In this document: piece by piece, positions 47,649 through 55,070 of the stretch | How the letters are laid out: every line of letters starts with the position of its first letter | Numbering within the stretch: the first letter of the stretch is position 1 | Translations under genes and position numbers: made by a program | NCBI GenBank assembly: GCA_035446985.1 | Contig: DAOTGG010000003.1 | Span: 1 to 56,369, forward strand | DNA: 56,369 nt | Direction: 5' to 3' | Source of the DNA: Eubacteriales bacterium | GTDB taxonomy: Bacteria > Bacillota > Clostridia > Christensenellales > CAG-314 | Notes under the pieces: model-generated | Seen by the model: only the letters and a program-made list of their open reading frames with translations | Told to the model about the DNA's origin: nothing | Databases searched by the model: none

Positions 47649-48728
47649 TTAATCCAATTCCGCGAGTTTTAGTCCCGCGCGTATTTTTTCGCCGACGGGA
47701 CCGCTTCGCAGCGAATCAGCCTGCTCAAAATAATCCGCCAGTTTGCTGTCGGTGTCGGTTGTATAATATCCTAAAAATTTTGCCGCGTTAAGTCCCGCAA
47801 TACGTCCTTCGACCATTGCGGAGCTTGCTTCTTCCACGCCTGACGCGTCGCCCGCTACAAAAACTTCGGGGCGGCTTGTCTGCATATTTTTATTGCTTTT
47901 CGGCACGTATCCGCCAAGCTGCGGAACGTATGCCATCTCGATACCTATCTGCCACATAAGCTCGGTAAGGGGTGAAAGTCCCACGGCTATGCAAAGATTG
48001 TCGCAAGGCAAATAAAATTCGCTGTCGGGGATTTCTTTCCAGTTTTCGTCGAGTTTGACCAAAGTCACACCTTCCACACATTCTGTTCCGTGCGCGGTTT
48101 TTACCGTGGTGGAAGTAAGTATCGGCACGCCCATACGGCGGATTTTGCTTGCGTGGACTAAATACCCGCCGATACGCGGAGCGGCATCTATTACGGCGTT
48201 TACTTTTACGCCAGCCTGCATAAGCTGATAACTGACGATAAGTCCGATGTTTCCCGCACCGACCATAACGACTTGGTCGCCAGGTTTTACTCCGTATACG
48301 TTCATAAGAGTTTGAACCGCGCCCGCGCCGTAAATGCCCGGCAAATCGTTGTTGTTAAATGGCAAAAACTTTTCGCTTGCGCCCGTCGCCACTACTGTAG
48401 CGCGGGGCAAAACTTTTTTATATTTATTGTCGTGTTCGATAGTCAATACGCCGTCTTCGTACATACCAATAACGGTCGCGTCTGTCATAACGGTGATATT
48501 TTTGTTTTGAGAAATTTGGTCGCGCAAAATTTTTGATATGTCAAAGCCGCGTTTGGATGCGTATTGTTTTTGAGAACCGAAGAACATATGTGTTTGTTTT
48601 ACAAGCTGTCCGCCAAGATTACGGCTTCTTTCAAAAACGATTACTTTCGCGCCCGCGTTTGCCGCTTCGATTGCAGCGCACATACCTGCGGGTCCGCCTC
48701 CTATTACGGCTACGTCTGTTTTAATCAT
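47649..48728 (-). CDS. NAD(P)/FAD-dependent pyridine-nucleotide oxidoreductase subunit (HcnB/OoxA/PDH-alpha-like)
   Basis: Two Rossmann motifs are present: VAVIGGGPAGMCAAIEA and VVMVGAGNIGLIVSYQL. Confidence 0.75.
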   Translation of the reverse strand: MIKTDVAVIGGGPAGMCAAIEAANAGAKVIVFERSRNLGGQLVKQTHMFFGSQKQYASKRGFDISKILRDQISQNKNITVMTDATVIGMYEDGVLTIEHDNKYKKVLPRATVVATGASEKFLPFNNNDLPGIYGAGAVQTLMNVYGVKPGDQVVMVGAGNIGLIVSYQLMQAGVKVNAVIDAAPRIGGYLVHASKIRRMGVPILTSTTVKTAHGTECVEGVTLVKLDENWKEIPDSEFYLPCDNLCIAVGLSPLTELMWQIGIEMAYVPQLGGYVPKSNKNMQTSRPEVFVAGDASGVEEASSAMVEGRIAGLNAAKFLGYYTTDTDSKLADYFEQADSLRSGPVGEKIRAGLKLAELD

Positions 48729-49033
48729 TTTTTCAGTACCCCCCGTCCGTTCTGCTGTGTAACAACCATTCCTTCCGTCAAAGGCTCAACGCAAATTCTT
48801 ACGTTTGGTTTGCCGTTGACCGTGGCAAGGCAACTGCTGCAATTTCCGATGGCGCAATAGAGTCCGCGCGGTCTATGTTTGTCGTGTGTGTGTCCGAGCG
48901 TTCTTACGCCGTTGGCGTGGAGCGCGCTTGCGATAGGCTCGCCTTTGAATCCGCTGTAAACCGTTCCGTTATATGTAAAAGTCACGGTTTCACCTTTTTC
49001 AAAGGTCAAGATTGGGTGTTTTTCGATTCGCAT
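48725..49033 (-). CDS. small (2Fe-2S)-binding subunit (HcnA / sarcosine-oxidase-alpha N-terminal-like)
   Basis: The 102-aa protein carries YCAIGNCSSCLATVNGKPNVRIC. Its stop overlaps the next gene's start by 4 nt. Confidence 0.7.
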   Translation of the reverse strand: MRIEKHPILTFEKGETVTFTYNGTVYSGFKGEPIASALHANGVRTLGHTHDKHRPRGLYCAIGNCSSCLATVNGKPNVRICVEPLTEGMVVTQQNGRGVLKK

Positions 49034-49160
49034 TTTTCCCCTCCGTAAATATAAAAAATAAGCTATTATATAGCTAAATATTCATTTTTGCACAAACATT
49101 CTAGCACAAAAAAATTTGATTGAATAGATATATTAAAAAATTTATAATGCGTTTTTTTGG

Positions 49161-49194
49161 TAAAAATAAAAACCCCGTTTTTTGCGGGGTTTTC
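49161..49194 (-). terminator. intrinsic terminator of the DUF885 gene
   Basis: The stem aaccccg / cggggtt (49171-49177 / 49185-49191) is followed on the minus strand by TTTTTATTTTT. Confidence 0.75.
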
Positions 49195-49224
49195 ATAATT
49201 TTATTTATAGGTTTTAATGTTTTT

Positions 49225-51042
49225 CTAGGAAGCTAATTTTGCGTCTATATATGCTTGGACGGCTTCTTCCACGATATTAAACTGCATGGGACCGATATCG
49301 AGTATGGCGGTATTAAATTCTACCATATCAAACAATGAACCAAGTTCTTTTTTAGCGTAAGTTTGAAGTCTGACCATCTCCAAATAACCTATCGAATATT
49401 TTAGATAAGTCGCGGGGGAAGAAATAACCATTTTCATTATATCGACAGCGATATTTCCGTTAAGTCCCAAAGCGTTGATATAATTTTCCGTATCGCTTAG
49501 AGTCCAGCCTTGATAGTTAACGCCCAAATCAACGCGGCTGTATAAAAGCAGCGCCATTATCGAATAGCTGTAATTCATTTGCGTTAAAAGTTCGTTATAT
49601 GTTCCAAAATCATACATAACGTAAGAATAATTTTCCATATATACCGCCCAGCCTTCAACGTAACCGTCAAACTGTACAACGTTGCGAATAGGGTTGGGGT
49701 TTGTGTCGTTGAAATAAACCGTTTGATAAAGGTGTCCAGGGTATCCTTCGTGAGCGAGAGTGGAGTATAAACTCGCGCCGTCAACCGAACCGAGATTTAC
49801 GTATATGGTATTATTTTTGTAGTCATCAATAGGCGGAATCATATAAAACGCGGGAGACAAGGAGTCTTCCAAAGATTCTTCAACAAAATATATTGAAAAA
49901 CTGCTGTCGGGCAAAGCGGGAACGTAATCCAGCATTTTTACTTGAAGGTCGTTGAGTATATCGGTGCAAATACCTTCCAATACAACTTCGGCTTCTGCGC
50001 GCGGTTTGTCTTCATAGGTAGAGGGATCGATTCCGTATGTCGAAGCTTCAAATACTTTGTCAAAAATTGTGGGATTTTTTGTATACAATCCGATGAATTG
50101 ATTTTTGAATTTTACAAGGTTTTCGGTACACATATCAATAAGTTCGTCCACAGTATAATCCGTGCCTGTGTAAAGGGAAGCCAAATACTGGTAATAATCC
50201 GTTCCTCTTTCAAAGAAGCACAAACCTTTGTCGTTAACGCCCTTGCCTTTGAATGCTTCCAAAGCGGTCGCCATATTTTGATATGCGGGAACGACTTTTT
50301 CGGTAAAAGCTTCATAGTTTTGCGCTTTGTATTGAGCGGTAAGATCCGCAGAAAGACCTAGTTTATCTATTCTTCTGTCAAAAGTGAGTATAAGATAATT
50401 GTCGTCTATATGTGAAACAAAATCGTTGCATTGCTGTATTACCGTGTCAAGAGTGCCGTCAGACAGTCCAAGCCCCATATCTATACGCACGCTTTCATAA
50501 TCCAAAGCCTGTTGGAAAAGAGTGGGGAACTGATTTAGCAAAGAAAGATAATCGGTCACGTCTTTTTCGGTGTAAAACTTGTATTCGGCAAAGTTTATAG
50601 GCATATTTGACGGTAAACCGCTTATGCTGTCAAGATACGTTCCGTAATAATCAAGTCCTTCCGCAGAAAGATTAAGTTCGTAATATTGTATAAGCATTTG
50701 CAAGATATATTTTTGTTCTTGCGTAAGATTATGGTCGCTTAACGAATTAAGATAATCCAAAGTATCTTGAAGGTCTTGATAATACTCGTCAATATCGTCC
50801 ATCGACAAGTCGTATATTGTCGGGTCGAGATCTTCAATACCGTAAGCGGACGGGTCTTTAAGAGTGTAGTGAAGCGTTATCGTGTTTGACGTTACGCTTT
50901 CAATAAACATATCGTTAAGATATTTGTCAAACTCCTCTTCCGTAATGGGAATTTTTACTTCGCAGCCTGAGAATAAAACCAACGTGCAAAGCATAACGGC
51001 TACGAGTAAAATAGATAGCAGCCGAAAACGTTTTTGTTTCAT
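49225..51042 (-). CDS. DUF885-family lipoprotein (putative metallopeptidase-like)
   Basis: A signal peptide with a lipobox is present (LVLFSGC). HEGYPGHLYQ matches the DUF885 HExxPGHxxQ motif. Confidence 0.75.
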   Translation of the reverse strand: MKQKRFRLLSILLVAVMLCTLVLFSGCEVKIPITEEEFDKYLNDMFIESVTSNTITLHYTLKDPSAYGIEDLDPTIYDLSMDDIDEYYQDLQDTLDYLNSLSDHNLTQEQKYILQMLIQYYELNLSAEGLDYYGTYLDSISGLPSNMPINFAEYKFYTEKDVTDYLSLLNQFPTLFQQALDYESVRIDMGLGLSDGTLDTVIQQCNDFVSHIDDNYLILTFDRRIDKLGLSADLTAQYKAQNYEAFTEKVVPAYQNMATALEAFKGKGVNDKGLCFFERGTDYYQYLASLYTGTDYTVDELIDMCTENLVKFKNQFIGLYTKNPTIFDKVFEASTYGIDPSTYEDKPRAEAEVVLEGICTDILNDLQVKMLDYVPALPDSSFSIYFVEESLEDSLSPAFYMIPPIDDYKNNTIYVNLGSVDGASLYSTLAHEGYPGHLYQTVYFNDTNPNPIRNVVQFDGYVEGWAVYMENYSYVMYDFGTYNELLTQMNYSYSIMALLLYSRVDLGVNYQGWTLSDTENYINALGLNGNIAVDIMKMVISSPATYLKYSIGYLEMVRLQTYAKKELGSLFDMVEFNTAILDIGPMQFNIVEEAVQAYIDAKLAS

Positions 51043-51250
51043 ATATATCTCCTTATATAAAATATTAACTAATAAAATATTTTTATTTATTAAAATAAAA
51101 TTGTTTTAACTATATAATTTTAGTAATTATTGCACAAAAATACAAAAATAGCAACCCCCAAAATTGCTTTCTTTAAATAGACGAGAAAAAGCATTTTGGT
51201 CTATTGACAAACTAAAAATATTGGTATACCATAATAAGCGAGGTAAAAAA

Positions 51251-51349
51251 ATGACGTTGGGTTTTTTTATTTTGATGCTTTTACTTTCTATAATCTTTCC
51301 GATAATAATGGTGACAGGAAAGATTATTTTGCCAAACAATAAGGGTTAA
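51251..51349 (+). CDS. 32-codon hydrophobic Ile/Leu-rich sORF (small membrane peptide or leader peptide)
   Basis: A GAGG RBS (51240-51243) lies 7 nt before the ATG. The peptide is MTLGFFILMLLLSIIFPIIMVTGKIILPNNKG. A hairpin with a T8 tract starts 6 nt after the stop. A TTGACA lies at 51204-51209. Confidence 0.45.
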   Translation: MTLGFFILMLLLSIIFPIIMVTGKIILPNNKG

Positions 51350-51355
51350 GACTAT

Positions 51356-51380
51356 CTACTCGTAAAGAGTAGTTTTTTTT
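51356..51380 (+). terminator. short-stem intrinsic terminator after the sORF, upstream of ilvE
   Basis: A 6-bp stem (ctactc 51356-51361 / gagtag 51367-51372) with a 5-nt loop is followed by eight T (51373-51380). Confidence 0.55.
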
Positions 51381-51459
51381 GTGTTGAAATAAAAGTATCA
51401 TTAGTTAAAACAACCGCGTCAGACTATTTATAATATATTGTGGAGGTTTCACATAAGAT

Positions 51460-52515
51460 ATGAAAATTATTAAGGCCGACAAGCTGCAAAAAAAACCCGA
51501 TTTCTCAAAGTTGACGTTTGGTAAGTTGCATACCGATTATTTATTGGAAATGGATTACACAAACGGAGCTTGGGGAGAACCCGTAATAAGACCTTACAGC
51601 AATTTCGACATGTCTCCTATGACAATGTGCTTGCACTACGGACAAGGTATTTTTGAAGGTTGCAAAGCTTTCCGCAACGACAAGGGCGAAGTCACTTTGT
51701 TCCGCATCATGGACAACTTTAAACGTATGAACCGCAGCGCGTACCGTATGTGCATGCCGCAGTTTGACGAAAACGTTGTTTTGGAAGCGCTTATCGAAAT
51801 GCTGAAAATCGAAAAAGACTGGGTACCCACACTACCGGGAACCGCGCTTTATTTAAGACCCACTATGATTGCTACCGAAGTAGCTTTGGGCGTGCACGTT
51901 TCGAGAGATTACAAACTGTTTATAGTTATGTCTCCCGTTGGCGCGTATTTGCACGGCGCGGAACAAACGGCTCGTATTTATATTGAAGACAAATACGTAA
52001 GAGCCGCAAAAGGCGGTACAGGCGAAGCTAAATGTTTGGGAAACTATGCCGCGGGATTGCTCGCTCAGTACGAATCCGCTCAACAAGGTTTTGACCAAGT
52101 TTTGTGGCTTGACGCGGAAGAGCATAAATATATAGAAGAAGTCGGCACAATGAACGTAATGTTTGTTATGGACGGCGTCGTTTGCACGCCCGAGCTTGAC
52201 GGAAGCATACTTCGCGGTATTACCCGTCACTCGATTATAAAAATATTACGCGATGAAGGCTATACCATAAACGAAGGACGTTTTGCCGTAGACGACATAA
52301 TAAAAGCTGCAAAAGAAGGCAGACTTACAGAAATGTTCGGCGTTGGCACGGCTGCTACTGTTTCGCCCGTAGGCGTTATCGGCTACAAAGGCGAAGAGTA
52401 CGTTATCAATAACAATAAGGTAGGACCCGTTGCAAAAACAGCTTACGATCGTTTGCGCGGAATACAGACGAGAAAGTATCCTGACAAATACGACTGGTTG
52501 ACCACTATAGATTGA
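51460..52515 (+). CDS. ilvE: branched-chain amino acid aminotransferase (class IV, long form)
   Basis: LHYGQGIFEGCKAF, GTGEAKCLGNYAA and GITR are motifs of fold-type IV BCAT. The size is 351 aa. Confidence 0.9.
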   Translation: MKIIKADKLQKKPDFSKLTFGKLHTDYLLEMDYTNGAWGEPVIRPYSNFDMSPMTMCLHYGQGIFEGCKAFRNDKGEVTLFRIMDNFKRMNRSAYRMCMPQFDENVVLEALIEMLKIEKDWVPTLPGTALYLRPTMIATEVALGVHVSRDYKLFIVMSPVGAYLHGAEQTARIYIEDKYVRAAKGGTGEAKCLGNYAAGLLAQYESAQQGFDQVLWLDAEEHKYIEEVGTMNVMFVMDGVVCTPELDGSILRGITRHSIIKILRDEGYTINEGRFAVDDIIKAAKEGRLTEMFGVGTAATVSPVGVIGYKGEEYVINNNKVGPVAKTAYDRLRGIQTRKYPDKYDWLTTID

Positions 52516-52526
52516 GGAGAAAGTAG

Positions 52527-52724
52527 ATGAAAGTTCAAATCGATTTTGAAAAATGCAAGGGTTGCGGATTATGCGTAACGGCTTGTCCAAAGAAAATCTT
52601 AAAAATGGGCGCGAAAAGCAACAAAGGCGGATACTTTGTAGTTGAATGTATAGACAAAGAACAATGTATCGCTTGCGCAGCTTGCGCTTATATTTGCCCT
52701 GACAGCGTTTTGGAGGTAAGATAG
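52527..52724 (+). CDS. 2-oxoacid:ferredoxin oxidoreductase delta subunit (2x[4Fe-4S] ferredoxin)
   Basis: CKGCGLCVTACP and CIACAACAYICP are present. The size is 65 aa. Confidence 0.85.
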   Translation: MKVQIDFEKCKGCGLCVTACPKKILKMGAKSNKGGYFVVECIDKEQCIACAACAYICPDSVLEVR

Positions 52725-52725
52725 T

Positions 52726-53790
52726 ATGACGAAAAAAGTTTTGATGAAAGGAAACGAAGCCATCGCCGAAGCTGCTGTACGCGGCGGTTGTAGATTTTTC
52801 TTTGGCTATCCCATTACCCCGCAAACGGAAATTCCCGAATATCTTTCATGGAGACTCTTTGAAGTAGGCGGAGATTTTGTTCAAGCCGAAAGCGAAGTTG
52901 CCGCTATCAATATGGTATACGGAGCAGGCGGAGCGGGCGGCAGAGCAATGACCAGCTCGTCAAGCCCGGGAATCTCACTCAAACAAGAAGGTATTTCTTA
53001 TATGGCAATGGCGGAAATTCCCGCTGTTGTAGTAAATATGGTAAGAGCAGGCCCGGGATTGGGCGGCATTCAACCTGCGCAGTCGGATTACTCTCAAGCT
53101 GTAAAAGGCGGCGGACACGGCGACTACAAACTGCTTGTATACGCTCCCGCTACTATTCAGGAAGCGGTTAACCTTATGTATATAGCATGGGACAAAGCGG
53201 AACAATACCGCATTCCCGTTTTCATTTTGGGCGACGGTATGATGGGACAACTTATGGAACCCATTGAGCTTCCCCCGATGAAACAGCCTAATGACCCCGA
53301 AAAATTTGATTGGGCTACCACAGGCTCGCATTACGGCGAAGGAAGACGTATAGTAAACAGTCTTTACCTAAAAAGCGAAGAATGTTTGCAACAAAACTAT
53401 CGTCTTCAAGCAAAATACCGCGAGATAGAAAAGAACGAAGTAATATGCGAAACTATCGACTGCGACGACGCCGAGATAGTTTTGACAGCTTACGGCAGCG
53501 TAGGACGTATTTGTAAATCCGCTCTTCCTATATTAAGACAAAAGGGAGTAAAAGTCGGCTTAATTAGACCTACGACGCTTTTCCCGTTCGCTACAAAAGT
53601 ATTTGAAGAAGTCGCGAATAAACCCAACGTAAAAAGCTTTTTGACTGTTGAGCTTTCAGCTGGTCAATATAACGAAGACGTACGTTTGGCGGTAAACGGC
53701 AAAAAACCCATCGACTTATTGAGCCGTATGGGCGGAGAGGTAATGTCGGCTGAAGACATTGTCGAAAAAGTTATGGAGGTAATCAAATAA
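52726..53790 (+). CDS. 2-oxoacid:ferredoxin oxidoreductase alpha subunit
   Basis: GNEAIAEAAVRGGCRFFFGYPITPQTEI is the canonical POR/VOR/KOR alpha N-terminus. Confidence 0.88.
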   Translation: MTKKVLMKGNEAIAEAAVRGGCRFFFGYPITPQTEIPEYLSWRLFEVGGDFVQAESEVAAINMVYGAGGAGGRAMTSSSSPGISLKQEGISYMAMAEIPAVVVNMVRAGPGLGGIQPAQSDYSQAVKGGGHGDYKLLVYAPATIQEAVNLMYIAWDKAEQYRIPVFILGDGMMGQLMEPIELPPMKQPNDPEKFDWATTGSHYGEGRRIVNSLYLKSEECLQQNYRLQAKYREIEKNEVICETIDCDDAEIVLTAYGSVGRICKSALPILRQKGVKVGLIRPTTLFPFATKVFEEVANKPNVKSFLTVELSAGQYNEDVRLAVNGKKPIDLLSRMGGEVMSAEDIVEKVMEVIK

Positions 53791-54533
53791 TGCCAAAATG
53801 GACTAAACCAAAAATGCTTACCGACGCGACACTGAGCTTCTGCCCCGGTTGTTCGCACGGTATAGCTACAAAACTTGTAGCCGAAGTTTTGGATGAATTA
53901 GGACTTCAAAGCAAAACGGTGGAAGTCGCTTCCGTCGGATGTTCGGTATTCAGCTACAACTTCTTTAACTGCGATTCTCAACAAGCTGCTCACGGCAGAG
54001 CTCCCGCTGTGGCAACAGGTATAAAAAGAGTACATCCCGATAAAATAGTTTTCACTTATCAAGGCGACGGCGACTTGGCTAGTATAGGCTTAGCTGAAAT
54101 CGTTCACGCGGGTCTTAGAGGCGAAAACATCACGGTTATTTTTATCAATAACGCTATTTACGGTATGACAGGCGGACAAATGGCTCCGACCACTCTTGTC
54201 GGACAAAAAACAAGCACAAGCCCGTTTGGACGCGACCCGAAAAAACAAGGCAATCCTATAAAAATGTGCGAATTGCTTGCTACTCAGACCGGTCCCGCAT
54301 ACATCGAACGCGTTATGGTAAGCGATTACGCAAATATACTAAAAACGAAAAAAGCTATCAAAAAAGCTTTTGAATATCAAATAGCAGGCAAAGGTTTCAC
54401 TATGGTTGAAATTTTGGCTGCATGCCCGACAAACTGGGGAATGAACCCTCCCGACGCTATGCAATTTATCAAAAACGATATGGCGGCTAATTATCCTTTG
54501 GGAGTTTACAAAGATATCGGAGGTGACAAATAA
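53790..54533 (+). CDS. 2-oxoacid:ferredoxin oxidoreductase beta subunit (TPP-binding)
   Basis: FCPGCSHG and the TPP motif GDGDLASIG...NNAIYGMTGGQ are present. Confidence 0.88.
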   Translation: MPKWTKPKMLTDATLSFCPGCSHGIATKLVAEVLDELGLQSKTVEVASVGCSVFSYNFFNCDSQQAAHGRAPAVATGIKRVHPDKIVFTYQGDGDLASIGLAEIVHAGLRGENITVIFINNAIYGMTGGQMAPTTLVGQKTSTSPFGRDPKKQGNPIKMCELLATQTGPAYIERVMVSDYANILKTKKAIKKAFEYQIAGKGFTMVEILAACPTNWGMNPPDAMQFIKNDMAANYPLGVYKDIGGDK

Positions 54534-55057
54534 TGGAAAGTAAGATTATTTGCGCCGGTTTCGGCGGACAAGGCATTTTGTCATTGGGTAAATTTATGGT
54601 ATACGCAGGTATGGAACAAAACTTGGAAGTTACCTGGCTTCCCAGTTACGGTCCTGAAATGCGCGGCGGCACGGCAAACTGTTCGGTAGTATTAAGCGAC
54701 AAACCCGTTGCTTCACCCCTTATCACAAAACCCAACATACTTATCGTTATGAATACGCCAAGTTTAGACAAGTTTGAAAGCAAAGTGGAAAAAGGCGGAT
54801 TGATATTGGTTAACAGCGATTTGATTGAAAGAAAAATCAATCGCGACGACGTAACCGTAAAATATATCAACGCAAACACAATAGCTCTCGAACTTGGCAG
54901 CGCGCGCTCGGCAAATATCGTTATGTTCGGCGCGTACGTAAAATACGGCGGCGTTGTGTCCAAGGATACCGCGTTAGACGCATTGATGCACCAATTCGAA
55001 GGCAAAAAAGGAGCGGATAGCATTAAGAAGGCGTTTGAAGCGGGATACAATCTATAA
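54533..55057 (+). CDS. 2-oxoacid:ferredoxin oxidoreductase gamma subunit
   Basis: GFGGQGILSLGK and SYGPEMRGGTANC are gamma-subunit motifs. Confidence 0.88.
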   Translation: MESKIICAGFGGQGILSLGKFMVYAGMEQNLEVTWLPSYGPEMRGGTANCSVVLSDKPVASPLITKPNILIVMNTPSLDKFESKVEKGGLILVNSDLIERKINRDDVTVKYINANTIALELGSARSANIVMFGAYVKYGGVVSKDTALDALMHQFEGKKGADSIKKAFEAGYNL

Positions 55058-55070
55058 AAGGAGATTGAGA

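Noticed and set aside
49061-49075. An inverted repeat AGCTAT-TAT-ATAGCT upstream of the 2Fe-2S gene, as a possible operator.
   Set aside because: It has only 6-bp arms and contains the likely -10 TATAAT on the minus strand. That is too short to distinguish from chance, and I could not pair it with a convincing -35 element.
51127-51339. A 70-aa minus-strand ORF overlapping the small plus-strand sORF.
   Set aside because: It has no RBS or promoter on the minus strand. The plus-strand sORF has an RBS, a promoter-like elements and a terminator.
52246-52824. A 192-aa minus-strand ORF spanning the ilvE end, the ferredoxin gene and the start of the alpha subunit.
   Set aside because: It crosses three well-supported plus-strand genes and has no motifs, so it is spurious.
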